64,000 nt of DNA from Felis catus (taxonomy: Eukaryota), in the NCBI RefSeq assembly GCF_018350175.1, contig NC_058373.1, forward strand, positions 100,256,001-100,320,000, in the 5' to 3' direction. Below, piece by piece: positions 1-14,240 of the stretch; the first letter of the stretch is position 1; each line of letters begins with the position of its first letter. The position numbers and the translations under genes were made by a program. A model generated the notes under the pieces. The model searched no databases. It was given only the letters and a program-made list of their open reading frames with translations, and was not told the origin of the DNA.

Positions 1-312
1 AAGTGAGCCAAGCCTGCCCCTCCCACCCCCGTGCACCTTGTGGATCCACCCGGCTAATATGCCAGATCCCATCAAAGCAGCACCACAAGCCTGGCAGTGT
101 GCAAGTAGCCCAGACAGGGGCCACACCACTCCACAGTGAGTCCTGCCCCTGGGAGAGGGGAAGATAAGGTTCACACCAGTCTGACTGTGGCCCCAGCCGT
201 GGGCTGGGAACAGACATCGGGTCTGACTGCGGCCCTGCCCACCAACCCAAGTTACTCCGACAGCACAGGGGAAGTGCCCTGCAGTTCTGCGCTGCTCCAG
301 GGACTATCTGAA

Positions 313-1778
<1,466 letters not shown>

Positions 1779-1846
1779 GTGAAATGTTGCAAGGACCACA
1801 AAGTACCAGAGACATCACTACAAGCATGAAACTTACAGACATCACA

Positions 1847-4800
1847 ATGACTTTAAACCCATATCTTTCAATAATAACACTAAATGTAAATGGGCTAAAT
1901 GCTCCAACCAAAAGACATAGGGTATCAGAATGGATAAAAAAAAAAAAAAAAACAAGACCCATCTATTTGCGGTCTACAAGACACTCACTTTAGACCTGAG
2001 GACACCTTCAGATTGAAAGTGAGGGGATGGAGAACTATCTATCATGCTACTGGAAGTCAAAAGAAAGCTGGAGTAGCCATACTATATCAGACAAACTAGA
2101 CTTTAAATTAAAGGTTGTAACAAGAGATGAAGAAGGGCATTATATAATAATTACAGAATCTATCCATCAGAAAAAACTAACAATTATAAATGTCTAGCCA
2201 CCAAATTCAGAGGCACCCAAATATAAAACATAATCACAAACATAAGCAATCTTATTGATAAAAATGTGGTAACTTCAGGGAACTTTAATACCCCACTTGC
2301 AATAATGGCTAGATCATCTAGACACAGGATCAATAAAGAAACAAGGGCCCTGAATAATACATTGTATCAGATGGACTTGACAGATGTATTTAGAACTCTG
2401 CATCCCACTTTCTTCTCGAGTGCACATGGAACATTCTCCAAGATAGATCACATACTGGGTCACAAAACAGCCCTTCATAAGTATACAAGAATTGAGATCA
2501 TACCATGCATACTTTCAGACCACAGTGCCATGAAGCTTGAAATCAACCACAGGAAAAAGTCTGGAAAACCTCCAAAAGCATGGAGGTTAAAGAACACCCT
2601 ACTAAAGAATGAATGGGTCCACCAGGCAATTAGAGAAGAAATTAAACAATATATGGAAACAAATGAAAATGAAAATACAACAATCCAAATGCTTTGGGAT
2701 GCAGCAAAGGCAGTCCTGAGAGGAAAATACATTGCAATCCAGGCCTATCTCAAGAAACAAGAAATATCCCAAATACAAAATCTAACAGCACACCTAAAGG
2801 AAATAGAAGCAGAAAAGCAAAGACACCCAAACCCAGCAGAAGAAGAGAAATAATAAAGATCAGAGCAGAAACAAACAATACAGAATCTAAAAAAACTGTA
2901 GAGCAGATCAATGAAACCAAGAGTTGGGATTTGAAAAAATAAACAAAATTGATAAACCTCTAGCCAGGCTTCTCAAAAAGAAAAAGGAGATGACCCAAAT
3001 AGATAAAATCATGAATTAAAATGGAATTATTACAACCAATCCCTCAGAAATACAGCAATTATCAGGGAATACTATGAAAAATTATATGCCAACAAACTGG
3101 ACAACCTGGAAGAAATGGACAAATTCCTAAATACCCACACACTTCCAAAACTCAATCAGGAGGAAATAGAAAGCTTGAACAGACCCATAACCAGTGAGGA
3201 AATTGAATCAGTTATCAAAAATCTCCCAACAAATAAGAGTCCAGACCAGATGGCTTCCCAGCGGAGTTCTACCAGACGTTTAATGCAGAGATAATACCTA
3301 TCCTTCTCAAGCTATTCCAAAAATAGAAAGGGAAGGAAAACTTCCAGACTCATTCTATGAAGCCAGTATTACGTTGATTTCTAAACCAGACAGAGACCCA
3401 GTAAAAAAAGAGAACTACAGGCCAATATCCCTGATGAATATGGATGCAAAAATTCTCAAGAAGATACTAGCAAATCGAATTCAACAGCATATAAAAAGAA
3501 TTATTCACCATGATTAAGGGGGATTCATTCCTGGGATGCAGGGCTGGTTCAACATTTGCAAATCAATCAATGTGATACAACACATTAATAAAAGAAAAGA
3601 ACCATATGATCCTGTCAATTGATGCAGAAAAAGCATTTGACAAAATTCAGCATCCTTTCTTAATAAAAACCCTCGAGAAAGTTGGGATAGAAGGAACATA
3701 CTTAAACATCATAAAATCCATTTATGAAAAGCCCACAGCTAACATCATACTCAATGGGGAAAAACTGAGAGCTTTTTCCCTGAGATCAGAAACAGGACAG
3801 GGATGTCCACTCCCAACGCTGTTGTTTAATATAGTGTTGGAAGTTCTAGCATCTGCAATCAGACAACAAAAGGAAATCAAAGGCATCAAAATTGGTAAAG
3901 ATGAAGTTAAGCTTTCACTTTTTGCAGATGACATGATATTATACATGGAAAACCCTATAGACTCCACCAAAAGTCTGCTGGAACTGATACATGAATTCAG
4001 CAAAGTCTCAGGATACAAAATCAATGTACAGAAATCAGTTGCATTCTTATACACTAATAATGAAGCAACAGAAAGACAAATAAAGAAACTGATCCCATTC
4101 ACAATTGCACCAAGAAGCATAAAATACCTAGGAATAAGTCTAACCAAAGATGTAAAAGATCTGTATGCTGAAAACTATAGAAAGCTTATGAAGGAAATTG
4201 AAGAAGATATAAAGAAATGGAAAAACATTCCATGCTCATGGGTTGGAAGAATAAATATTGTTAAAATGTCAATACTACCCAAAGCTATCTACACATTCAA
4301 TGCAATCCCAATCAAAATGGCACCAGCAGTCTTCTTGAAGCTAGAACAAGCAATCCTAAAATTTGTATGGAAGCACAAAAGGCCCCAAATAGCCAAAGAA
4401 ATATTGAAGAAGAAGACCAAAGCAGAAAGCTTCACAATCCCAGACTTTAGCCTCTACTACAAAGCTGTCATCATCAAGACAGCATGGTATTGGCATGAAA
4501 ACAGATACATAGACCAATGGAATAGAATAGAAACCCAGAATTAGACCCACAAAAGTATGGCCAACTAATCAGTGACAAAGCAGGTAGAATATCCAATGGA
4601 AAAAAGACAGTCTCTTTAACAAATGGTGCTGGGAGAACTGGACAGCAACATGCAGAAGCATGAAACTAGACCACTTTCTTACACCATTCACAAAAATGAA
4701 CTCAAAATGGATAAAGGACCTGAATGTGAGACAGGAAATCATCAAAACCCTAGATGAGAAAGCAGGAAAAAAACCTCTCTGACCTCAGCTATAGCAATTT

Positions 4801-5655
4801 CTTACTTGACACATCCCCAAAGGCAAGGGAATTAAAAGCAAAAATGAACTATTGGGATCTCATGAAGATAAAAAGCTTCTGCACTGCAAAGGAAACAGTT
4901 AACAAAACTAAAAGGCAACCAACAGAATGAGAAAAGATATTTGCAAATGACATATTGGACAAAGGGCTAGTATCCAAAATCTATAAAGAGTTCACCAAAC
5001 TCCACACCTGAAAAACAAATAATCCAGTGAAGAAATGGGCAGTAAACTGAATATGAATAGAAAAATGAATAGACACTTCTCTAAAGAAGACATCCAGATG
5101 GCCAACAGGCACATGAAAAGTACTCAACGTCGCTCCTCATCAGGGAAATACAAATCAAAACCACACTGAGATACTACCTCACGCCAGTCAGAGTGGCTAA
5201 AATGAACAAATCAGATGCTGGTGAGGTTGTGGAGAAATGGGAACCCTCTTGCACTGTTGGTGGGAATGCAAACGGTGCAGCCGCTCTGGAAAACAGTGTG
5301 GAGGTTCCTCAAAAAATTAAAAATAGACCTACCCTATGACCCAGCAGTAGCACTGCTAGGAATTTACCCAAGGGATACAGGAGTACTGATGCATAGGGGC
5401 ACTTGTATCCCAATGTTTATAGCAGCAGTCTCAACAATAACCAAATTATGGAAAGAGCCTAAATGTCCATCAACTGATGAATGGATAAAGAAATTGTGGT
5501 TTATATACACAATGGGATACTACATGGCAATGAGAAAGAATGAAATGTGGACTTTTGTAGCAACGCGGATGGAGCTGGAGAGTGTTACGCTAAGTGAAAT
5601 AAGTCATACAGAGAAAGACAGATACCGTATGTTTTTACTCTTATGTGGATCCTGA
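1847..5655 (+). pseudogene. L1 ORF2p (endonuclease/reverse transcriptase) remnant
   Basis: ITLNVNGLN, GNFNTPL and SDHSAMKL endonuclease motifs; QGCPL and LFADDMI RT motifs in the 312-aa open segment 3606-4544; broken by frameshifts. Confidence 0.95.
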
Positions 5656-5750
5656 GAAACTTAACAGAAGACCATGAGGGAGGGTAAGGAAAAAAAAAGG
5701 TTAGAGAGGGAGGGAGCCAAAACATAAGAGACCCTTAAAAACTGAGAACA

Positions 5751-5985
5751 GGGGCGCCTGGGTGGCTCAGTCGGTTAAGGGGCCGACTCGACTCAGGTCA
5801 TGACCTCGTGGTCCGTGATTCGAGCCCCCCCGTCTGGCTTTGTGCTGACAGCTCAGAGCCTGGAGCCTGTTTCAGATTCTGTGTCTCCCTCTCTCTGACC
5901 CTCCTCCATTCATGCTCTGTCTCTCTCTGTCTCAAAAATAAATAAACGTTAAAAAAAATTAAAAAACAAAACAAAACAGAAAAAA
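5751..5985 (+). mobile_element. CanSINE (SINEC_Fc) in the L1 3'UTR
   Basis: GGGGCGCCTGGGTGGCTCAGTCGG head, CT-rich tract, A tail. Confidence 0.95.
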
Positions 5986-6139
5986 CAGGGTTGATGGTGG
6001 AGGGAGGGGAGGGTGGGTGATGGGTATTGAGCGCACCTGTTGGGATGAGCACTGGGTGTTTTATGGAAACGAATTTGACAATAAATTTCATATTTAAAAA
6101 AATAATAATTAAAAAAGCTGATGCTTTGCCTAGGTATCT

Positions 6140-6265
6140 AGATCTGACTTATAATTCTAACTGTAACTTGAGCAACCCTGGAAAAGTTATCTTGCCTCTC
6201 TGAGTCTCAGGTTCCTCTTCTGTAAAATAGAATACATAAAACCTCTTGTAGGGACAGTTGGAAAA
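6140..6265. mobile_element. MIR fragment
   Basis: Core-like motif AAGTTATCTTGCCTCTCTGAGTCTCAGGTTCCTCTTCTGTAAAAT. Confidence 0.7.
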
Positions 6266-6276
6266 AATAAATATGA

Positions 6277-6307
6277 TAATAAATAAATAAACAAACAAAC
6301 AAACAAA

Positions 6308-6342
<35 letters not shown>

Positions 6343-6345
6343 ATA
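6277..6345. repeat. (TAAA)n/(CAAA)n microsatellite
   Basis: Directly visible. Confidence 0.9.
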
Positions 6346-8700
6346 TTTGGTAGGATTTGAAGCCATCTGGTCCTGAACTTTTTTTTGTTGGGAGTTTTTT
6401 GATTACTGATTTAACTTCATTGATGGAAACTGGTCTGTTCAAATTTCCTATTTCTTCCTCATTACATATTGGGAGGTTTTGGGGAATTTATTTATTTCTT
6501 CTAGATGTCTAGTTTGTTGACATGTAAACTTCCCTCTTAGAATTGCTTTTGCTGCATCCCAAGGGTTATGGCCCATTGTGTATTCATTTTTGTATCCATG
6601 TACCTTGTTTTAAATTTTTTTTAATGTTTTATTTATTCTTGAGAGAGAGACAGAGAGAGAGAGAGAGACAGAGACAGAGAGAGAGAGAGGGAGAGAAGGA
6701 GCATGGGCAAGGGGGGGCACAGTGAAAGAGGGACACAGAATCCAAAGCAGACTCCAGGCTCTGAGCTATCAGCGCAGAGCCTGATGTCAGGCTTGAACTC
6801 ATGAGCCATGAAATCATGACCTGAGCTGAAGTTGGATGCTCAACCGACTGAGCCATCCAGGGGCCCCAGTATCCATGTACTTTTTAATTTCTGCTTTTTT
6901 TCTGGTTGATGCATTCATTGTTTAGTAGCATGTTATTTAACCTCCATGTATTTGTGGCCTTCCAGATATTTTCTTGTGGTTGACTTCTATTCATTATGGT
7001 CAGAAAAGATGCATGGTATGATTTTAATCTTTTTGAAATCGTTGAAGCTTGTTTTGTGGGCTATTGTGTGATCTGTTCTGGAGAATGTTCTATGTGCACT
7101 TGAAAAGAATGTGTATTCTGGAGTTTTAGGATGGAATATTCTGTTCCATTGTGTGATTCAAAGCCATTGTTTCCTTATTGATTTTCTGTTTAGATGATCT
7201 GTCCATTGATGTAAGTAGGGTGTTAACGTCCCCTACCATTATTGTGTTATTATCAGATTAGTTCCTTTATGTTTGTTATTAACAGTTTTATGTATATGGG
7301 TGCTCTGTGTTGGGTGCATAAATATTTACAATTGTCATATCTTCCTGTAGGATTGTCCCCTTTATTATTATATAGTGTCCTTCTTTGTCTCTTGTTATTG
7401 TGTTTGTTTTAAAGTCTAGTTTGTCTGATATAAGTATTGCTACACTGGCTTTCTTTTGACATCTGTTTGCATGTTAGATGTTTCTCCATCCCCTCACTTT
7501 GAATTTGCAGGTGTCTTTAGGACTAAAATGAGTCTCTTGTAGGCAGTATATGGATGAGTCTTGTTTTTTTATCCATCTGTCACTGTATGTCTTTTGAGTG
7601 GAGCATTTAGTCCATTTACATTTGAAGTAATTATTGATAGATATGTATTTATTGCCATTTTATTTCTTGTTTTATGGCTGTTTCTGAAGATTTTCTCTGA
7701 TCCTTTCTGGTCTTTCTCTTTTTCCTGGTTTACTGTTTGTTTGTGATACATTTGGATTTCTTTCTCTTTATTCTTTGTATATTTTAGTGGCTTTTGACAT
7801 ATGATTACCATTAGGTTTGTATATAACCTCTTTTGTATATAGCAGTCTACATTAAGTTGATGGTCATTTAAGTTTGAACCCATTCTTACTCCTCTTCTCC
7901 CTACGTTTTAGGTATATGGTGTCATATATTACATCTGTTTATTTTGTGAGTACCTTGACTGATATTTTATAAAAATATTCATTTTTACTGTGTTTGTGTT
8001 TCTTACCTTTGTACTGTCACTTTTGGTCTCTGCTTGAAGAGTGTCTTTAATAGTTCTTGCTGGGCTGCTTTACTCATCATGAACTCCTTTAATTTTTGTT
8101 TGGGAATCTCTCTCTCTCTCTCTCTCTTCTGAATGATAGCCTTGCAGATTATTTTTTCCCCAGCATGTTGAATAAAACATGCCACTCTCTTGTGGCTTGG
8201 AAGGTGTCTGCTGCAAAGTCCTCTGATAGCCTGTGGGGTTTCCCTTGTATGTAACTATCTCCTTTTGTCTTTCTGCTTTAATAATTTTTTCTTTATCAGT
8301 ATATTTTGCCACTTTAATTATAATATGATTTGGTGTGGATCTGCTTTTGTTAATTTCGTTGAGGGTTCTCTGTGCCTCCTGGTATATCTTTGTGCCTCCT
8401 GGATCTATATATGTATTTCCTTTCCCAGGTTAGGACAGTTTTCAGCTATTATTTCTTCAAATAAATTTTCTGCCCCCCTTTTCTCTCTCTTCTTCTTCTG
8501 GTACTCCTCTAATGTGAATGTTATTAAATTTGATGGAATCACTGAGTTCCCTAAGTCTATTCTCATTTTGCATTATTCTTTTCTCTTTCTTTTGTTCAGC
8601 TTGATTAGCTTCCATTACTCTGTTTTCTAGGTCACTATTTTGTTCTTCTGCCTCTTTCATCCTGCTGTTAATACTGTCAAGCATGTTTCACATGTCATTT
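6346..8700 (-). mobile_element. Carnivore L1 fragment (ORF1 3' part to ORF2 5' part)
   Basis: Minus-strand peptides SRMKEAEEQNSDLE...NIHIRGVPEEEERE (ORF1), YLSIITSNVNGLNAP (ORF2 start), NRPVSINEVKSVIKKLPTKKSSGPDGF. Confidence 0.9.
6612..6867 (-). mobile_element. CanSINE
   Basis: SINE body with TSD GTATCCATGTAC at 6592-6603 and 6869-6880. Confidence 0.93.
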
Positions 8701-10984
8701 ATTGAGCCCTTTCCTCTGCTATGTTATTCCTTACTTATTGTATATTCTTGGCTCCTTTGTCATAAATTGACCATATATGCATGGGTTTATTTCTGGGCTC
8801 TGTTCTATTTCACTGATTTATGTGGCTGTGTTTATGCCAATACCATACCGTTTTCGTTATCATAGCTTTGTAATATAGTTTGAAATCAGGAAGTGTGATG
8901 CCCGCAGAATTGTTCCTCTTTCTCAGAGTTGCTTTGGCTATTTGGGATCTTTTGTGGTTCTGTTACAAATTTTAGAATTGTTTTTTCCATTTCTGTGAAA
9001 AAATGCCATTGGAATTTTGATAAGGATTGCATTGAATCTGTAGATTACTTTGGGTAGAATGGACATTTTAACAATATTAATTCTTCTAGTCCGTGAGCAT
9101 GGAATATCTTTCCATTTGTGACTTCAATTTATTTCATCAATGTCTTAGAGTAGGCATTTTATTCTTTTGAAACAATTGTAAATGGAACTGTATTCTTAAT
9201 TTCTCTTTCAGATAGTTTGTTATTAGTGTATAGAGACTCAACTCATTTTTGTATATTGATTTTGTATCCTACAACTTATTATTTTAATGAGGTTTTTTTT
9301 TTGGTCAAGTTTTTAGGGTTTTCTATATATAGTATCATGTCATCTGCATGTAGAGACAGTTTACTTTCTGATTTGGATGCTTTTTATTACTTTATCTTGC
9401 ATCATTGCTCTAGCTAGGACTCCCAGTACTATTTTAAATAAAAGTGGTGAGGGTAGACATCCTTGTCTTGTTCCTGATCTTATAAGAAAAGCTTTCAGTT
9501 TTTCACAATTGAGTATGATGTTAGCTGTGGGCTCATTGTATATTGTCTTTAGTATGTTTAGGTATTTTCTCTCTGTACTCTGTTGAGAGTTTTTATCATG
9601 AATGGATGTTGTGTTTTGTCAAATGCTTTTGTTGCATCCTTTTAATGTATTGTTGAATTCAGTTTGCTAATATTTTGTTGAGGATTTTTACATCTGTGTT
9701 CATCAGGGATATTAGTCTGTATTTTCCTTTTGTTTTAGTGCCTTTATCTGGTTTTGATATTCAATGCTGGCCTCGTAAAATAAGTTTGGAAGTGTTCCCC
9801 CCTCTTCAATTTTTTGGAAGAGTTTGAGAAGGATTTGTATTAATTCTTTAAACATTTGATAGAATTCACCAGGGAAGCCATCTGGACTTTTGTTTCTTGG
9901 CGGTTTCTGATTACTGATTCAACCTCCTTACTAGTAATTAGTCTGTTCAGATTTTCTCTTTTTTCATGATTCAGTCTTTGTAGGTTGTATGTTTGTAGGA
10001 ATGTATTCATTTCTTCTACATTGTCTAGTTTGTTGGTATGAAGTTGTTCATAATACTCTCTTATTTGTATTTCCATTGTGTCAATTGTGACATCTCTTTA
10101 ATATCTGATTTTATTTTGAGTTTTCTCTCTGTTTTTTCCTTGGTGAGTCTAGCTAAATGTTTATCTTTTCAAACACCAGCTCTTGGTTTCATTGATCTTT
10201 TCTACTGATTTTTTTAGTCTCTGCTTCATTTATTTCTGCTCTGATATTTGTTAGTTCCTTCCCTCTACTAACTTAGGGCTTAATTCTTTTTTTAGTTTCA
10301 TAAGGTATAAAGTTGGGTGGTTTATTTGAGATCTTTCTTATTTCTTAATATAGGTATTTATCACTGTGAACTTCCCTCTTAAAACTACTTTTGCTGCATC
10401 CTATAGATTTTGGTATGTTATATTCTCATTGTCATTTGTCTCAAAATTTGATTTCTATTTTTATTTCTTTTTTGACCTATTGGTTGTTTGGTAGCATGTT
10501 GTTTAATATCCACATAACTTGTCAGTTTTCCAGTTTTCTTCTTGTAATTTTTTTCTAGTTTCATACCATTGTGTTTGGGAAAAAATGCTTGATATTATTT
10601 CAGTCTTTTAAATTTATTAAGATTTACTTTGTGATCTACCCTGGAGAATGTCTCATGTGTGCTTGGGAAAAATGTTTATTCTGCTGCTTTTGGATGGAAT
10701 GTTCTATAAATGTCTGTTAAGACCACCTGGTCTAACATGTTGTTTAAGTCCTATGTTTCTTTATTGATTTTCTGTCTGGATGATCTATCCAATGATGACA
10801 GTGAGGTATTGCAGTCTCCTACTATTATTGGATTGCTGTTTATTTCTCCTCTTAGTCTGTTAATATTTGCTTTATATATTTAGGTGCTTCTGTGTTGGGT
10901 GTATGTAAATTTACAAATGTTCCGTCATCTTACTGGATTGACCCCTTTATCATTAGAAAATTTTTTAATCATAAAAATCATAAA

Positions 10985-11188
10985 AAATTTTTTTTAATGT
11001 CTATTTATTTTTGTGAAAGAGATAGCAGGGGAGGGCCAGAGAGAGAGAGGGAGACACAGAATCCAAAGCAGGCGCCAGGCTCTGAGCTGTCAGCACAGAG
11101 CCCAAAGCAGGGCTCGAACTCATGAACCACAAGATCATGACCTGAGCTGAAGTCAGATGCTTAACCAGTTGAGCCACCCAGGTGCCCC
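10985..11188 (-). mobile_element. CanSINE
   Basis: Reverse-complement head GAGCCACCCAGGTGCCCC and T-rich tail. Confidence 0.93.
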
Positions 11189-11681
11189 TATGTAATTAAC
11201 TTATTTGTCTCTTATTACAGGTTTGTCTTAAAGTCTATTTTTTCCTTATACAAGTATAGCTACTTTAGCTGTCATTTGATTTCCATTTGCATACACTGTC
11301 TTTTCCCATACCTTCCCTTCCCTGCGTGTGTTCTCAAAGTTGAAATGAGTCTCTTATAGGCAGCATATAGTTGGGATATTTATTTATTTAAAATCTCTTC
11401 AGCCACTCTGTGTCTTTTAATAGGAGAATTTAGTCCATTTACGTTTAAAGTAATTATTGACAGGTATGGACTTCCTGCCATTGTGTTCATCGTTTTCTAA
11501 TTCCTTTGTTCCTTTTTCTTATGTTCTCTTCGTTTGTGATTGGCTGATTTTCTGTATTGGTATGCTTAGATTCCTTTTCCTTTATCTTTTATGAATCTAG
11601 TATAGGTTTTGCTTTGTGGTTACAGCATGGCTTACATAAAACATATTTATAACTGTCTATTTTAAGTTGATAATAACTTAA

Positions 11682-11741
11682 ATTTTTTTTTAAATATTTA
11701 TTTATTTTTGAGAGACAGAAAGAGAACACAAGCCGGGGAAG

Positions 11742-11779
<38 letters not shown>

Positions 11780-11914
11780 CAGAATTCAAAGCAGGCTCCA
11801 GGCTCTGAGCTGTCAGCACAGAGCCCAATGCAGGGCTTGTACCCACAAACCAACAGTGAAATCATGACCTGACCTGAAGTTGGATGCCTAATTGAGTGAG
11901 CTACACAAGAGCCT
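11682..11914 (-). mobile_element. CanSINE
   Basis: (GA)n tract and CCAGGCTCTGAGCTGTCAGCACAGAGCC core. Confidence 0.9.
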
Positions 11915-12832
11915 CAAGTTGAGAACCACTCTTAAGTCCAACTTAATTATAAAGCTCTACATTTTTACTGCCCCCCTTTTATGTTTTTGATTTAACAATT
12001 TATATTTTTAGTCTGTGTATCCATTAACAAATTATTGTAATTATAGTTATTTTTCACTACTTTTGTCTTTTAACCTTCATACTAGTTTTATAAATGATTA
12101 ACCTACCACCATTACATTAAATTATTGTGAACTTAACCATATATTTACCTTTACCAATGAAATTTATACTCTTATATGTTTTCCTGTTACTAATTAGCCC
12201 CCTTTCATTTCAGCTTAAAGAAATTCCTTTAACATTTCTTGTGGATTCGGTGTAATGGTGCTGAACTCCTCCAGCTTTTGCTTGTCTGGAAAACTCTTTT
12301 TCTTTCCTTCAATTTTGAAGGATTTTTTTTGCCAGGTAGAGTATTTTTGGTTGGCAGGTTTTTTCTTTCAGCTCGGCGAATATATCATGCCACTCCTTTC
12401 TGACTTGCAAGAATTTGTTGAAAAAATTTGTTGATAGTCTTATGGGTGTTTCCTTATACATAACAAGTTGTCTTTCTCTTGCTGTTTTTAATATTTTGTC
12501 TTTCTCTTTAACTTTTGATAATTTAATTATACTGTGTCTTGGTGTGGATCTCTTTGAATTCATCTTCTTTCGAACTTCCTGGATCTGGATGTCTGTTTCC
12601 TTTCTCAGGTTAGGGAAGCTTTCAGCCATTACTTCTTTAAAGACTTTTTTCTGCCCCTTTCTCTTCTCCTTCTGGGACCCCTATAATGTTGGGCCTCTTG
12701 ATGTTGTCCTATTAGTCCCTTAACCTATTTCATTTTTCTTTTTGCTCCTCTTTTTGGATGAATTCTACTGCCCTATCTTAGAGTGTGCTGATTTTTTCTT
12801 TCACTCCATCTGCTATTAAAACTTTCTATTGA

Positions 12833-13046
12833 GGGGCACCTGGGTGGCTTAGTCGGTCAAGCATCAGACTTTGGCTCAGGTCACGATCTCACAGTTTGTG
12901 AGTTCAAGCCCCGCATCGGGCTCTGTACTGACATTTCAGAGCCTGACATCTCAGATTCTGTGTCTCCTTCTATTTCTGTTCCTCCCCCACTTGTGCTCTG
13001 TCTCTCTTTGTCTCTCAAAAATAAATAAATGTAAAAAAAAAAAAAC
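12833..13046 (+). mobile_element. CanSINE
   Basis: Head and tail, with TSD AAAC(T/C)TTCTATTGA. Confidence 0.92.
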
Positions 13047-13968
13047 CTTCTATTGAATTTTTCAGTTCAATTATTAAATTCTTCAGGTATGTGACTTCTG
13101 TTTGGTACTTTCTTATATTTTTCATCTCCTGTTGAAATTCTCACTTTGTTCATGCATTGTTCATGCATTGTTTTCCTGACCTCAGCAAGTGGTCTTTATG
13201 ACCATTGTTTTGAACTTCTTGTCAGGTAAATCACTTATCTCTCTTTCATTAAGGAATTTTTCTGAGGTTTTAGTTTGTTGTTTTGTTTGGAACATATTCC
13301 TCTATTCATTTTTCTTGACTCTTTCTGTTGATTTTCTGTGCATTAGATAAAACAACCACGTTTCTCGGTCTTGAAGGGGTGGTCTCATTTAGGCAATGAA
13401 CCTTATTATTCAATCCTGACTTCCTTGTGGTTTTCTCTCAAAATTTTGTGGTTGTCCAAATGGCCTTCTATGTTCTTAGTGGCTTCCAGTAGTTGAGGGT
13501 GTGCCAATATTTCTCATTGTCCCAAAGGGGAAGATCTCAGTCAGCACTAAATGCAGACAGATTAGAAGCAGACACTCAGGGAGCATCTTTTTAACTTTCT
13601 TTAAAAAATTTTTCATTTTGAGCTCAGAGAAAGTGTAGTTAGACCCTTGTAGTTATAAAGGTCTGTATTAAAACCTTTTCATCATTGATTAGAGCTGATT
13701 AGTCTTTCATACACATACATAATTACCCCCACACATATCTTACTCATCCATCACCAAGTTCTCACTATTTTACTGTCACTTTTATGAACACACATCCACA
13801 CACACATGCATTCCTAACTCTAGACATAAGCCCTTATTGTTTTAAATTACTTTTGCTTCTCAGAACTACAAAGATCATGCATCAGGTAGATTGGAAGGCC
13901 TCTGATACTCAGATTTGGGTATTTTCATCATTGAGCCACTTCTTTTTAAAGTATGTAAATATACCTCT

Positions 13969-14240
13969 TGGAGCACCTGGGTGGCTCATTCATTTAAGCG
14001 TCAGACTGCTGATTTCGGCTCAGGTCATGATCTCATGGTTTGTGGGTCGACCCTGCATTGGGCTCCACACTGACAGTGCAGGGCCTGCTCAAGATTCTTG
14101 TTCTCCCTCTCTCTGCTCTTCCCCCCATCTCTGAAAATAAATAAATAAACATTAAAAAAAAAAAAAAGATTCTCTCTCTCCCTCTCTCTTTGCCCCTCCC
14201 CTGCTCATGCTCTCTCACTCTCAAAAAAAAAAAAAAATTA
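13969..14240 (+). mobile_element. CanSINE with two 3' ends
   Basis: 17-bp TSD GTATGTAAATATACCTC at 13951-13967 and 14247-14263; two CT-tract/poly(A) tails. Confidence 0.9.

Noticed and set aside
3606..4544. 312-aa ORF as a functional reverse transcriptase gene
   Set aside because: It is an open stretch of a frameshifted L1 ORF2, with no sign of domestication.
5751..5830. tRNA genes at SINE heads
   Set aside because: tRNA-derived SINE heads with A/B boxes, followed by SINE body and tail; not tRNAs.
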